64,000 bases of DNA from Candidatus Iainarchaeum sp. (GTDB lineage: Archaea > B1Sed10-29 > WALL01): positions 1-64,000 of the forward strand of contig JAGMCR010000013.1 of assembly GCA_023129115.1 (NCBI GenBank), in the 5' to 3' direction. Below the pieces are notes generated by a model that was not told the origin of the DNA, ran no database searches, and saw only the letters and a program-made list of their open reading frames with translations. Within the stretch, counting starts at the first letter, position 1; every line of letters begins with the position of its first letter. Shown here piece by piece: positions 9,514-19,309 of the stretch. The position numbers and the translations under genes were made by a program.

Positions 9514-10887
9514 ATGAAGTTTGTGAATCGCAAGCTTGAGCTTAAAGAGTTGGAAAAACTCCAGAAATTGTCTAAAAACAAGCTGTTTGTTGTTGCTCTT
9601 TATGGCATTCGCAGGGTTGGCAAGACGAGGCTCATCCTTGAATTCGCAAAAAACAATGGCATTTATTTCTTCGTGAACAAGAACAAGACTCCTCGTGATC
9701 TCCTCATGGAATATGAAAGTATTCTGAAAAGCAGGGGGGTGCTTGGGGAATTAGAGACGCTTGAGTCCTGGGACCAGTTTATAGACCTAATAATCAAAAG
9801 AACCAACCAACTAGTTATTTTCGACGAGTTCCAGAACTTTTATAATATAGAGCCGTCTTTTTTTGGAATGCTTCAAAAGGCAGTAGACTTGAATGAAAAT
9901 GAACCCGGGCTTATTGTAGTTCTTGGCTCTACTTTAGGGCTTATCAAGAAAACTTTTTCAGATTCCAAGGAACCACTTTACGGCAGGATAAAAAAATCAA
10001 TGCGGGTAACACCACTTACTTTGCCTTCATCACTAAAACTGTCGAAAGAATTGGGATTGTTGAAAGAGGATGCGGTGAAGTGCTATTGCTTGTTTGGCGG
10101 GTACCCAAAATACTATGTTTATATCGAGGACTATGATTTGAAGGGCAAGGCCATGGAAGAGATACTAAACACTCTCTTGTTTTCAAGGAATGCCCCTCTG
10201 GAAGATGAAGTCACCGTTATGCTTTCACAGGAGTTTGGGGGGCGGAGCGGCGTGTATTTCTCTATATTGGAAGCCATAGCAACTGGCGATAACACTATTT
10301 CCAAAATTGCTTCTTACTTGGGCATGCCAGCCACTTCACTCACACGGCAAATCAAGGAGTTGAAGGATTATTTTGAGTTCATTGAATATGAAAAGCCGTT
10401 TAGCGGGAAAAAAGGCGTTTACAGGATAAAGCACCCGCTGATGGCGTTCTGGTTTTCAAGCATATACAAAAACCTTTCTGCGTATCTTTCTAGAGACCAG
10501 AAATTCGTGAACAGTCTCAAGAACAACCTACCCAATTATTTCGGCAGGTCATTTGAAGCAGCTGCAACAAAGTTTATTGTTCCCAAGTTAGGGTTAACAG
10601 AGGCGAGACGGCAGTGGGGGAAAATGCCCGGAGCCAAGAAGGGAGAAAATACTTATGAGATTGACTTGATAGGGATGAAAGATAGTATCGCATATGCTTT
10701 TGAGTTCAAATGGAAAAAGCTCAATTTTGCTGAGGCCTCTTCTATACTAAATAACCTTAAAACAAAAACTAAGCTCGTTCAAAACCTGCCTCCTAATGTA
10801 AAACTGGGGTTAGTCGCTAAAAAAATCAATGGAAAAAGAAAACTACAACGCAAAGGCTTCTTGGTATATGACATAACTGACTTCTAG
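9514..10887 (+). CDS. Archaeal AAA ATPase (ATPase_2 + DUF234 type)
   Basis: KFVNRKLEL, YGIRRVGKT Walker A, IFDEFQ Walker B, GGYPKY, EIDL..FEFKW PD-(D/E)xK-like tail. Confidence 0.85.
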   Translation: MKFVNRKLELKELEKLQKLSKNKLFVVALYGIRRVGKTRLILEFAKNNGIYFFVNKNKTPRDLLMEYESILKSRGVLGELETLESWDQFIDLIIKRTNQLVIFDEFQNFYNIEPSFFGMLQKAVDLNENEPGLIVVLGSTLGLIKKTFSDSKEPLYGRIKKSMRVTPLTLPSSLKLSKELGLLKEDAVKCYCLFGGYPKYYVYIEDYDLKGKAMEEILNTLLFSRNAPLEDEVTVMLSQEFGGRSGVYFSILEAIATGDNTISKIASYLGMPATSLTRQIKELKDYFEFIEYEKPFSGKKGVYRIKHPLMAFWFSSIYKNLSAYLSRDQKFVNSLKNNLPNYFGRSFEAAATKFIVPKLGLTEARRQWGKMPGAKKGENTYEIDLIGMKDSIAYAFEFKWKKLNFAEASSILNNLKTKTKLVQNLPPNVKLGLVAKKINGKRKLQRKGFLVYDITDF

Positions 10888-11006
10888 CCCAAACTGTCTA
10901 TTACCATTCCCTGATGCTATACTATCCCGCAGTGTAGCACCAAGCTATTTATAGACGTTTGAGCTAATTATTAAGAACCGCATACCACAACAATGGGGGG
11001 CATCTG

Positions 11007-11567
11007 ATGTTCACTGATGAGAGGAGTAAACAAATAGTTTTGGTATCACATTGTATCTTAAACCAAAACTCAATTTCAGATGGGACTGCAGATTATCCAG
11101 CGGCAATTAATGAAATAGTTGAATTATTACTTAAATCTAACATAGGCGTTATACAAATGCCTTGCCCGGAACTGCTGTGCATAGGATTAGACCGTGGAAA
11201 CATTCATGGTTGTGAAGAGCCAGTCGTTGTAGAAAATACAAGAATTCGGAGTTCCTTGAACAGCCCCTCTTCTACCCAAACAATTAAAACCCTTGTAAAA
11301 CAGCTAGTTTACCAAATAGAAGAGTATAGCCAAAACGGATTTACAGTATTAGGACTTATCGGGATTAATCGCTCTCCTAGTTGCGGCGTGAACACTACAT
11401 CAATGAATAATAGAGAGGTTGATGGTGAAGGGGTTTTTATTAAAGCTCTTCGAGAAGAACTAGAAAAAAAGGATGTCCATATCAAAATGGTCGGTATAAA
11501 AGCATCAGAAATGGAAAAAGCGTTAGTGTCAATAAAGAAGTTAGTTGACAATTCACCACAAAAATGA
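11007..11567 (+). CDS. DUF523/TudS-related Fe-S protein (CD3072-like)
   Basis: SHCILNQNS, QMPCPE, SPSCG, GEGVF motifs. Confidence 0.75.
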   Translation: MFTDERSKQIVLVSHCILNQNSISDGTADYPAAINEIVELLLKSNIGVIQMPCPELLCIGLDRGNIHGCEEPVVVENTRIRSSLNSPSSTQTIKTLVKQLVYQIEEYSQNGFTVLGLIGINRSPSCGVNTTSMNNREVDGEGVFIKALREELEKKDVHIKMVGIKASEMEKALVSIKKLVDNSPQK

Positions 11568-11681
11568 ATCACGTAATTTCTAGCAAATTAGGTGGGGGGA
11601 TGGCATTTGGCGCTCCACGCCACTGCCTTGCCGCGCCCCCAGCGCTCTTTATTTTATACTACTTATGAGATAGACTGGTTG

Positions 11682-11993
11682 ATGAAAAGTAAGATGCAAA
11701 AAGGAATACTATTGGGCCTTTTGGCAGGCATAGTTGATGTGATTCCAATGATTCTACAGAATCTTAGTTGGGACGCCAATCTATCAGCTTTTACTCATTG
11801 GGTAGTTGCAGGCTTTGTCATTTCTGTTGCGGACATACCGATTAAGGGAGCTGTGAAAGGCTTGGTTTTATCTTTGTTGCTTCTGCTTCCAGTTGCCATT
11901 CTTGTGGGTTGGCAAGAACCCATGAGTTTGATTCCTATTCTAATCATGACCGTGATTTTAGGAAGTGCACTGGGATACTTAATTGATAAGTGA
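11682..11993 (+). CDS. Small multi-pass membrane protein
   Basis: About four hydrophobic segments; ATG at 11682. Confidence 0.7.
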   Translation: MKSKMQKGILLGLLAGIVDVIPMILQNLSWDANLSAFTHWVVAGFVISVADIPIKGAVKGLVLSLLLLLPVAILVGWQEPMSLIPILIMTVILGSALGYLIDK

Positions 11994-12030
11994 GGCCCAA
12001 CAAAGAATCTCTTTACCCCCCCAGCGCTCA

Positions 12031-12084
12031 ACCCTTTTTCTGTTACTCGCTGCGCTCGCTCGGTGGAAAAGCGTTGATGGAAAA
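12031..12084 (+). repeat. Repeat family C copy
   Basis: ACCCTTTTTCTGTTAC...GTGGAAAAGCGTTGATGGAAAA matches the minus strand of ~44740-44810. Confidence 0.7.
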
Positions 12085-12225
12085 TGGCGCAAACGCTTTG
12101 CGTTTGCTGATTTTCAGCAAGGCCCCGCTTTGCGTGAAAAAGAAGAACTAATTTTCTCAACGCTTCGCGTTGGCTATAATGGCGCTTCACAGATGGGTGA
12201 CCACATTCTCGTGTTTTGTGGTCAC

Positions 12226-13164
12226 CTACTTTTTGTATGTCTTGCGCATTACTCTGTATTCTTTGAGGAGGAATTCGATTGTGGGCCTGAGGTTATGGCT
12301 GAACTCATATTCTCTTAGTGACTCATAGTACGTCCCTCGTCTCGTGAATTCTATGTTTACGGGCGGCAATCCATTCTTAATCAGTATATTGTTTAGTAGT
12401 AATCGCCCTACACGCCCATTGCCATCTGTGAATGGATGTATGTTCTCAAACTGGTTGTGCACGACTGCCCCGAGCACGAGAGGCGAATATTTTTTTCTGT
12501 TTTTATTGTACCAAGTAATAAGCTCTTTTAGTAAGGGAAAGACTTTTTCTGACGGTGCACCCTGGTGTATTACATCGCCGTATCCATCCACTACTGCTAC
12601 TTCTTGGCCTTTTGACCGGAGTTTTCCCGCGAAAGATTTAGAGTTCTTGAATGTGAGCTCATGCAGTTTTTTTATGAGGGCTACTGAAATATGTTCTTTT
12701 GTTTTCTTAGTGTAGTTTATTGCTTCCATCAGCCCATATGTCTCGGCTATGTCCCCCCGGCTCTTTTCTGGCCACTCATTCTTCTCAATTATCTCAGTAA
12801 CCTCACTTTCTGTGACTTGAGACCCTTCTATGGCATTAGTATTGTACGTAAAGCTTTCTGCGAAATCCTGCCACTCTTCTTCTGAGAGATGGAACACTTT
12901 GAACCTCTCTTTCTTCTCTAAATCTTTGATTAATTCTAATTCGTGAGTAGATAGAACTGTAACAAACGGGTCTTTGATTGCTTTGTACACTTTAACTCTG
13001 TTGAGAACCTGTTCCCCGATTACCGGCTTTAACTTTTCTAGCTCTTTTTTTGAGAGGTCAGAGCCCAGGAAACGCCTAATCTTCTCAACTTTTTTCCCAA
13101 CACGGAAAGAGTGGACCAGATAATACTTTATTTTCTTGCCCGATTTTCTTTTCTCTACAAACAT
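12226..13164 (-). CDS. Fic-domain protein (class II) with N-terminal basic beta domain
   Basis: HPFTDGNGRVGR active site, TNAIEG inhibitory motif; ATG at 13164. Confidence 0.9.
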   Translation of the reverse strand: MFVEKRKSGKKIKYYLVHSFRVGKKVEKIRRFLGSDLSKKELEKLKPVIGEQVLNRVKVYKAIKDPFVTVLSTHELELIKDLEKKERFKVFHLSEEEWQDFAESFTYNTNAIEGSQVTESEVTEIIEKNEWPEKSRGDIAETYGLMEAINYTKKTKEHISVALIKKLHELTFKNSKSFAGKLRSKGQEVAVVDGYGDVIHQGAPSEKVFPLLKELITWYNKNRKKYSPLVLGAVVHNQFENIHPFTDGNGRVGRLLLNNILIKNGLPPVNIEFTRRGTYYESLREYEFSHNLRPTIEFLLKEYRVMRKTYKK

Positions 13165-13371
13165 ACACCCTCTTAGGGGTGACCACATTTATATGCTTTT
13201 CTATTATTTTGACTACATTATTTATAAACCTGTGTTTTTTGCTGCTGTTTGAGCCCATAACCATAACCAAATCAATACTGGCAGGTGTTTTGGTTATAAC
13301 TCCACAAAAGCAGCCAGACGCCCCCCCCAGCGCTCAACCCTTTTTTAACCCCCAACCCGTTAGGCATAGCG

Positions 13372-14049
13372 ATGCCCAACCGCTACTGGGAAATCGACGC
13401 CTTGCGCGGGCTCGCAGTGGCCGCCATGATATTGTTCCACTTCGCGTTCGACCTAGAGTACTTCGCAGGCATTAACGTCCTGGCCGGAGACGCATGGTTC
13501 TGGCTCCCGAGAATGATTGGGGGGTTATTTATTTTCCTCGCCGGCACCGCGTTGACGCTAAGCAAGAGCAACCCCCTGAAACGGGGGGCAACCATCCTCG
13601 CTTGGGGAGTTATAATTACTATTATTACTTATGTGGCATTCCCCCACGCCACGATTTGGTTCGGGATACTGCACTCCATCGGGCTAGGCATAATCATTTC
13701 CCAGCCGCTGAAGCGGTACGCCCTGCCAACCGGAGTCCTGTTTATCGCGCTTGGGGTGTGGCTCCAGACAATGGCCTTCACTTTCCCGTGGCTCCTCTGG
13801 CTCGGGCTCGGCCCAAGCGGCATGTACATGTTCGACTACTACCCCCTCCTGCCGTGGCTCGGCGTGATGCTGCTTGGCGTGTACGCAGGGCAAAAGCTCT
13901 ATGCCGGGGAGAGGAGCTTCGGGCTGCCAGAGCTTGGCGGGCTGTTGGGAATCAAACAGCTCTGCCTCATCGGGAAAAACTCGCTCTTGATTTACCTGCT
14001 GCACCAGCCCGTGCTCGTGCTGCTGGTCACGGCCGCGGGATACCTATAA
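13372..14049 (+). CDS. DUF1624 / heparan-alpha-glucosaminide N-acetyltransferase-like membrane protein
   Basis: RYWEIDALRGLAV..MILFH, FGILHSIG, DYYPLLPW, SLLIYLLHQP. Confidence 0.85.
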   Translation: MPNRYWEIDALRGLAVAAMILFHFAFDLEYFAGINVLAGDAWFWLPRMIGGLFIFLAGTALTLSKSNPLKRGATILAWGVIITIITYVAFPHATIWFGILHSIGLGIIISQPLKRYALPTGVLFIALGVWLQTMAFTFPWLLWLGLGPSGMYMFDYYPLLPWLGVMLLGVYAGQKLYAGERSFGLPELGGLLGIKQLCLIGKNSLLIYLLHQPVLVLLVTAAGYL

Positions 14050-14074
14050 ATAATCCCACTGCTTTTTGTTTGCC

Positions 14075-15943
14075 ATGACAGTCCTTGCAAAGCCCAACAC
14101 CAAAACCGTGCTCCTCGGCAACGAGGCAATTGCCCGCGGAGCGCTCGAGGCGGGGGTGGGAGTGTTCGCCGCGTACCCCGGCACGCCCAGTTCCGAAGTC
14201 CCAATAACCATGGCCCAAGTCGCCAAGAAATGTGGCGTCTATTTCGAGTACTCGACCAACGAAAAAGTCGCGCTCGAGACCGCGGTCGGCGCAGCGTGGA
14301 GCGGCGTCCGCGCCATGACCGCAATGAAGCACTTCGGCCTCAACGTTGCGGCCGACTCAATGGGGCCAATTGCGTACACCGGCGTCAAGGCCGGGCTCGT
14401 CGTAATGGTGTCGGACGACCCGCAGGGATGGTCTTCCGCCCAGAGCGAGCAGGACACCCGCTACTACGCCAAAATGTTCCGCATGCCCATGATTGAGCCG
14501 TCGAACCCACAGGAGTGCCTGGAGTACACCAAAGCCGCTTTCGCGCTCTCAGAAAAATACGGCGTGCCAGTATTCCTCCGCACCACCACCAAGGTAAGCC
14601 ACTCCATTGGCACCGTCAAGGTAGGCAAAATCAAGAAGCCGGTCACAAGAGGCGAGTTCAAAAAAGACTTCGACCGCTACCTGCTGCTCAGGCCCAATCT
14701 CCAGAAGCGGCACCGCGTTGCGGACGAAAGGCTCGCCAAAATAGAAAAAAACTCCAAAAAATTCGTCAAGTCAATTCGCGGCAAGGGCCGTGTGGGCATA
14801 ATCGTGTCCGGCGTCAGCTACGACTACGTGCGTGAGGCCCTCCGCGGCCTCGGGCTTAGCCCGCCAATACTCAAAATCGGGATGGTGCACCCGCTCCCCA
14901 CGCAAGCAATCAAGGCATTCATCAAAAACAAGCGCTCCGTCCTCGTGCTCGAGGAGCTCGAGCCAATCATCGAGGACTTTGTCAACCGCGTGGCGAAGGG
15001 CGCCAACCACAGGCTCGTCGTCCACGGCAAGGACTACTTGCCGCGCTACGGCGAGTACACTGCAGAATTAATTATTCCAGCGCTCGGCAAGGCACTCAAG
15101 AAAAAAGTGCCGAGTTTCGCCGCGCACAAAAAGAATGCCGACAACGCAATCAAGGGCCTCCCGCCGCGCAAGCCCGTGTTTTGCCCGGGCTGCCCGCACC
15201 GCTCGACTTTTTACGCGGTCGAAAAAGTGTTCGGCAAGGACGTGGTGTTCGCGGGCGACGTCGGGTGCTACGTGCTTGGCCTGTTCGAGCCGTTCAGGAT
15301 GCAGGACTTCATGGTCAGCATGGGCGCGAGCCTCGGGATTGCGCACGGCATGACGCGCGTGAGTGACCGGGAAGTGATTGCGTTCGTTGGCGACTCCACG
15401 TTTTTCCACGCCGCGATGCCGGGGCTGGCGAACCTCGCGTTCAACGACGACAAAAGCCCGCTGGTGATAGTGATGGACAACAGCATTACTGCCATGACGG
15501 GGCACCAGCCGAACCCGTCGACGGGCGTCACGGGCATGGGTGACAAGGTACAAAAGCTGCCGATTGAAGACATTGCTTTTGCGATGGGCGCAACTGTCGA
15601 GGTCGCGAACTCGTTCAGCCAGCGCGACCTGCTGGACAAGCTCGGGAAGCTGAGGAAGGCCAAGGGCCTTCGCGTGCTCGTGAGCCGGGGCGAGTGCCGC
15701 CTCATCACCAAGCGCAAGCTGCGCAAGCAGGGCCTGGAGTTCAACACGTTCCAAATCGACCAGGAGAAGTGCAAGAAGTGCGGCATCTGCACAGACCACT
15801 TCGCGTGCCCCGCGATTGTTGAAATCCGCAAGAAAAAGGGCGACGAGCCAAAGTACTGGATTAACCCGGACAACTGCTGGGGCTGCTCGGTGTGCATGCA
15901 AATATGTCCCTACGACGCAATCCGCCCGGGGGTGAAGAAATGA
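14075..15943 (+). CDS. iorA: Indolepyruvate:ferredoxin oxidoreductase alpha subunit
   Basis: GNEAIARGA, YPGTPSSE, NEKVALE, CPGCPHR, GDSTFFH, C-terminal 2x[4Fe-4S] Cys motifs. Confidence 0.92.
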   Translation: MTVLAKPNTKTVLLGNEAIARGALEAGVGVFAAYPGTPSSEVPITMAQVAKKCGVYFEYSTNEKVALETAVGAAWSGVRAMTAMKHFGLNVAADSMGPIAYTGVKAGLVVMVSDDPQGWSSAQSEQDTRYYAKMFRMPMIEPSNPQECLEYTKAAFALSEKYGVPVFLRTTTKVSHSIGTVKVGKIKKPVTRGEFKKDFDRYLLLRPNLQKRHRVADERLAKIEKNSKKFVKSIRGKGRVGIIVSGVSYDYVREALRGLGLSPPILKIGMVHPLPTQAIKAFIKNKRSVLVLEELEPIIEDFVNRVAKGANHRLVVHGKDYLPRYGEYTAELIIPALGKALKKKVPSFAAHKKNADNAIKGLPPRKPVFCPGCPHRSTFYAVEKVFGKDVVFAGDVGCYVLGLFEPFRMQDFMVSMGASLGIAHGMTRVSDREVIAFVGDSTFFHAAMPGLANLAFNDDKSPLVIVMDNSITAMTGHQPNPSTGVTGMGDKVQKLPIEDIAFAMGATVEVANSFSQRDLLDKLGKLRKAKGLRVLVSRGECRLITKRKLRKQGLEFNTFQIDQEKCKKCGICTDHFACPAIVEIRKKKGDEPKYWINPDNCWGCSVCMQICPYDAIRPGVKK

Positions 15944-16602
15944 AAAAGAAGGTTTCCCGCCAGCGCTTTTCCACCGGGCGAGCGAAGCGAGTAACAGGAA
16001 AAGGGCTGAAGTTTAGTGCTTTCTTCATCGGCGTGGGCGGCGAGGGCGTGCTCACGTCTGCTACAATGGTGGCAGAGGCCGCGCACCTCGAGGGCCACTT
16101 TGTCCGCGGCATCCAGCTGCACGGCCTGGCGCAGCGCGGCGGCTCCATCCCGACCATCGTGCGCTTCGGCTCCGAAAAAGACGTTGTGTCCCCCGCAATA
16201 ACCGAGGGCGACGCCGACCTGGTCATAGCGTTCGAGCCGCTCGAGGCCGCCCGGGCGACGCACTACGCCAGCAAGGAAAAGACTGCGTTCATCATCGACG
16301 ACTACCCGTACATGCCTGTTTATGCAAACCTGTTGGACTTGCCTTACCCGCCGATGGCGGAGATAGTCAAGCGCGTGAAGCCGTTCGCAAAGGACTTGAT
16401 GGTGTTCAACGCGCACCACCTCGCGGAGGAAGAGTTCGGCCTCGCTGTCCTGGGGAACACCATGCTGCTCGGCGCGGCAATCGGTGCCGGGGTTCTCCCA
16501 TTGAAGCCCGCGAGCTTCCGCTCGGTCATCAAGGCCATGCCGCGGCGGGCCGACGACAACAGGAAGGCGTTCGACGAGGGCCTGAAGCTGGGGAAGCGCT
16601 AG
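15940..16602 (+). CDS. iorB: Indolepyruvate oxidoreductase beta subunit
   Basis: GVGGEGVL, HGLAQRGGS, ADLVIAFEPLEA; ATGA overlap with iorA. Confidence 0.9.
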   Translation: MKKKVSRQRFSTGRAKRVTGKGLKFSAFFIGVGGEGVLTSATMVAEAAHLEGHFVRGIQLHGLAQRGGSIPTIVRFGSEKDVVSPAITEGDADLVIAFEPLEAARATHYASKEKTAFIIDDYPYMPVYANLLDLPYPPMAEIVKRVKPFAKDLMVFNAHHLAEEEFGLAVLGNTMLLGAAIGAGVLPLKPASFRSVIKAMPRRADDNRKAFDEGLKLGKR

Positions 16603-17120
16603 GACAGCTCTGCCTCGGCTAATTCCTTGTGGCCGTTTTCGGCGTGGATGAGGGCGTCGTAAAGATTCTTGACCTTGTCGCTCGTGGCGTTGGCCATGAA
16701 TTCCTTGTACCTGCCCATGGCGCCGGTCTCGAGCTCCTTCGTGCGCTCTAGATCCGCCTTCACGTCGCCACGGCTCTTTTCTCCAACGAACTCTGGCAAA
16801 TCAACGCCAAGGAACTTTGCCGCTACTTCCGCGTGCTCTTTCTCGACGCGGGCAAGCGCCTTGAAAAGCCTCTCGTACTTCTCGTATTTTGTGTTGGCCT
16901 TGGCGACGTCCGTGTAGTACGCGGTCGCGTTGACCTCGAGCACGAGCGTGGCCTCCATGTCGGTCTTTTCCTGTTCCGTGAGCTCGGCGCCCCACAGCGT
17001 GGAGTAGTCCTCAGCCATCTTCAGGTATTTCTTTGGCGCGCCGCAGAACTGGCAGTCCGTGGGCACTTCGTCGGCGAGGTGTGGCTCGCCACAAATTTGG
17101 CATACAAAAAGCTTAAGCAT
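16599..17120 (-). CDS. Reverse rubrerythrin (N-terminal rubredoxin + ferritin-like)
   Basis: CQICGE..CQFCGA then E..H diiron motifs (VEKEH, AENGH); AGGAG RBS before ATG 17120. Confidence 0.85.
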   Translation of the reverse strand: MLKLFVCQICGEPHLADEVPTDCQFCGAPKKYLKMAEDYSTLWGAELTEQEKTDMEATLVLEVNATAYYTDVAKANTKYEKYERLFKALARVEKEHAEVAAKFLGVDLPEFVGEKSRGDVKADLERTKELETGAMGRYKEFMANATSDKVKNLYDALIHAENGHKELAEAELS

Positions 17121-17220
17121 ACTCCTGTCTTTCGCAGAACTCCCTAAAAAGCGTTGCGGGCGTCCAGTTCCCCTGGCAATAGGGCGTAGCCTTAAATAGC
17201 TGGAATAGGTTTTGTTGCTC

Positions 17221-17643
17221 ATGGTAGTGGAAATCCTGCTCAGCCACAACCTTCACATACTCCTGGTGCTCGGCGGATTGTTCTTCCTCCTGGCCACGGC
17301 GTACCACCTGTGGATGATACGCGCCTATACCCTGAACAGCAAGTTCCAGAAAAAGTGGAGCATACTCTTTTGTTTCGTGGTCCTGTTCGTGCTGACTTAC
17401 ACTGCCGCCCTCTACCTGCTCTCCTACCGCTTTGACCTCGTCCAGTGGCTGTTCTTCCTATTTACTTTCGCCCTGTTCGTGGCTGCGGCCTTCGTGCTGT
17501 TCGTCCTCATAACCGTGCACCACATGCTCGAGGACCTGCGCACTTCCCTCCGGCACATAAAGATTCTACGGACCAAGCAGAAAGAGCTCGTCCACTCAAT
17601 CATTTCATTTGTGAAATGGAAGCGCAAAATCGAGTTTAGGTGA
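17221..17643 (+). CDS. Membrane protein
   Basis: Three hydrophobic segments and a basic tail. Confidence 0.65.
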   Translation: MVVEILLSHNLHILLVLGGLFFLLATAYHLWMIRAYTLNSKFQKKWSILFCFVVLFVLTYTAALYLLSYRFDLVQWLFFLFTFALFVAAAFVLFVLITVHHMLEDLRTSLRHIKILRTKQKELVHSIISFVKWKRKIEFR

Positions 17644-17644
17644 T

Positions 17645-18223
17645 GTGCTGGTGCGGGCCCTTCGCCAAGAAATAAGCCGCCTCAAGAAGTCGCCGGTCAA
17701 GCGCTTGGTCGACAAGCGAATCCGCGACTTCAAGAAAAACACGGACTTTTTCAGCGAGCTGTGCTTCTGCCTGCTCACGGCCAACACTTCTGCCGAGCTG
17801 GGCATCAAGTGCCAGAAAGAGTGCAGGGGCTTCAAAACATTCCCCGAGAAGAAGCTGGCCGCGGAATTGAAGTCGGTGGGCTACCGCTTCTACAACCGGC
17901 GCGCCGGGTTCATTGTTGGGGCGAGAGGGCAAGACCTTGTCCTGGACCGTGACTGGCTCGTGAAGAACATCAAAGGAATTGGCATGAAGGAGGCGTCGCA
18001 CTTCCTCCGCAACGTCGGGCTCGACAACTACGCGATTATTGACTTCCATATATTGGACCTTCTCGCGAGGCACGGCTTAATCAAAAAGCCCAAAGCACTC
18101 ACGAAGAAAAAGTACCTCGAAATCGAGAAAAAACTCGCCAAACTGGCCGATTCCACCGGCCTTTCGCCCGCAGAGCTGGACCTGTACCTGTGGCACATGG
18201 AGACCGGGAAGGTATTAAAATAG
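17645..18223 (+). CDS. ogg: 8-oxoguanine N-glycosylase/DNA lyase
   Basis: ELCFCLLTAN, IKGIGMKEASHFLRNVG, AIIDFHI, LDLYLW..ETGKVLK. Confidence 0.9.
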   Translation: MLVRALRQEISRLKKSPVKRLVDKRIRDFKKNTDFFSELCFCLLTANTSAELGIKCQKECRGFKTFPEKKLAAELKSVGYRFYNRRAGFIVGARGQDLVLDRDWLVKNIKGIGMKEASHFLRNVGLDNYAIIDFHILDLLARHGLIKKPKALTKKKYLEIEKKLAKLADSTGLSPAELDLYLWHMETGKVLK

Positions 18224-18299
18224 CTTTAAATATCACAAGCGACTATATTCTCTTGCTTGTTTTTCTGGGTGGGTCTTGAAAACCAAGTGGAGGCACTTT

Positions 18300-19304
18300 A
18301 TGATACGCGTAGGTGTAAATGGCTACGGGGTAATCGGCAAAAGGGTTGCCTATGCCGTTACGAAGCAGGACGACATGGAGCTCGCTGGCGTCGCCAAGAC
18401 CAAGCCCGACTTCAGCGCCCAGACCGCGCTCGACAAGGGCCAGCCGCTCTACTGCTCCATCCCCGACAACCTCGGCCTGTTCAAGGAAAAGGGGATGGAC
18501 GTCAGGGGCACCATCGACGACTTGGTCGACGCGTCTGACCTTATCGTGGACTGCACGCCCGGCAAAATCGGGGTGCAGAACAAGCCCATGTACGAGAAAA
18601 AAGGCGTTAAAGCCATTTTCGAGGGCGGCGAGGCCGGCGCCACAGCCGAGTGCTCGTTCAACGCCCTGTGCAACTACAGCGACGCAATCGGCAAGGACTT
18701 CGTGCGCGTCGTCTCGTGCAACACGACCGGCCTCGCCCGCACAATCAAGCCACTCACCGGCCTCGGGGAAACCGGGCGCATCCGCGTCGTCTTAATCCGC
18801 CGCGCAGTGGACCCCGGCGAGTCCAAGAAGGGCCCCATCAACGCAATCATCCCGGTGACCACGGTGCCGTCGCACCACGGCCCGGACCTGAAGACCGTTC
18901 TGCCAGACATTGACATCGTCTCAATGGCGGTCGCCGTGCCGACAACAATAATGCACGTGCACACCCTCATGGTTGAGACGGACATAAAGCGCGACGACTT
19001 TATCGAGGCGCTCCGCAAGACCCCGCGCGTCAAGCTCATTTCTTCCGGGGACGGGTTCCGCTCGACCGCGGAAGTGATGGAGTACGCGCGCTCTCTGGGG
19101 AGGTACATGGGCGACCTGTACGAGATTCCGGTGTGGGAGGACACAATCTCGGCCAAGGGCGGCGAGCTTTACTACATCCAGGCCGTGCACCAGGAGTCCG
19201 ACGTCGTCCCGGAAAACATTGACGCAATACGCGCCATGGCCGGGCTCGAGAAGGACGCCATGAAGTCCATCGAAAAGACCAACAAGTCGCTCGGCATCAA
19301 GTGA
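18300..19304 (+). CDS. gap: Type II (archaeal) glyceraldehyde-3-phosphate dehydrogenase
   Basis: VNGYGVIGKRVA, VVSCNTTGL, SHHGPD, HQESDVVPENIDAIRAM. Confidence 0.95.
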   Translation: MIRVGVNGYGVIGKRVAYAVTKQDDMELAGVAKTKPDFSAQTALDKGQPLYCSIPDNLGLFKEKGMDVRGTIDDLVDASDLIVDCTPGKIGVQNKPMYEKKGVKAIFEGGEAGATAECSFNALCNYSDAIGKDFVRVVSCNTTGLARTIKPLTGLGETGRIRVVLIRRAVDPGESKKGPINAIIPVTTVPSHHGPDLKTVLPDIDIVSMAVAVPTTIMHVHTLMVETDIKRDDFIEALRKTPRVKLISSGDGFRSTAEVMEYARSLGRYMGDLYEIPVWEDTISAKGGELYYIQAVHQESDVVPENIDAIRAMAGLEKDAMKSIEKTNKSLGIK

Positions 19305-19309
19305 TTCTT

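Larger units (their letters stand above)
9235..13345. mobile_element. tRNA-Ser-anchored island of stacked cassettes, no integrase
   Basis: tRNA 3'-end copies at 9394-9409, 11636-11646, 12016-12039, 13322-13345; cargo visibly AT-richer than core genes. Confidence 0.7.
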
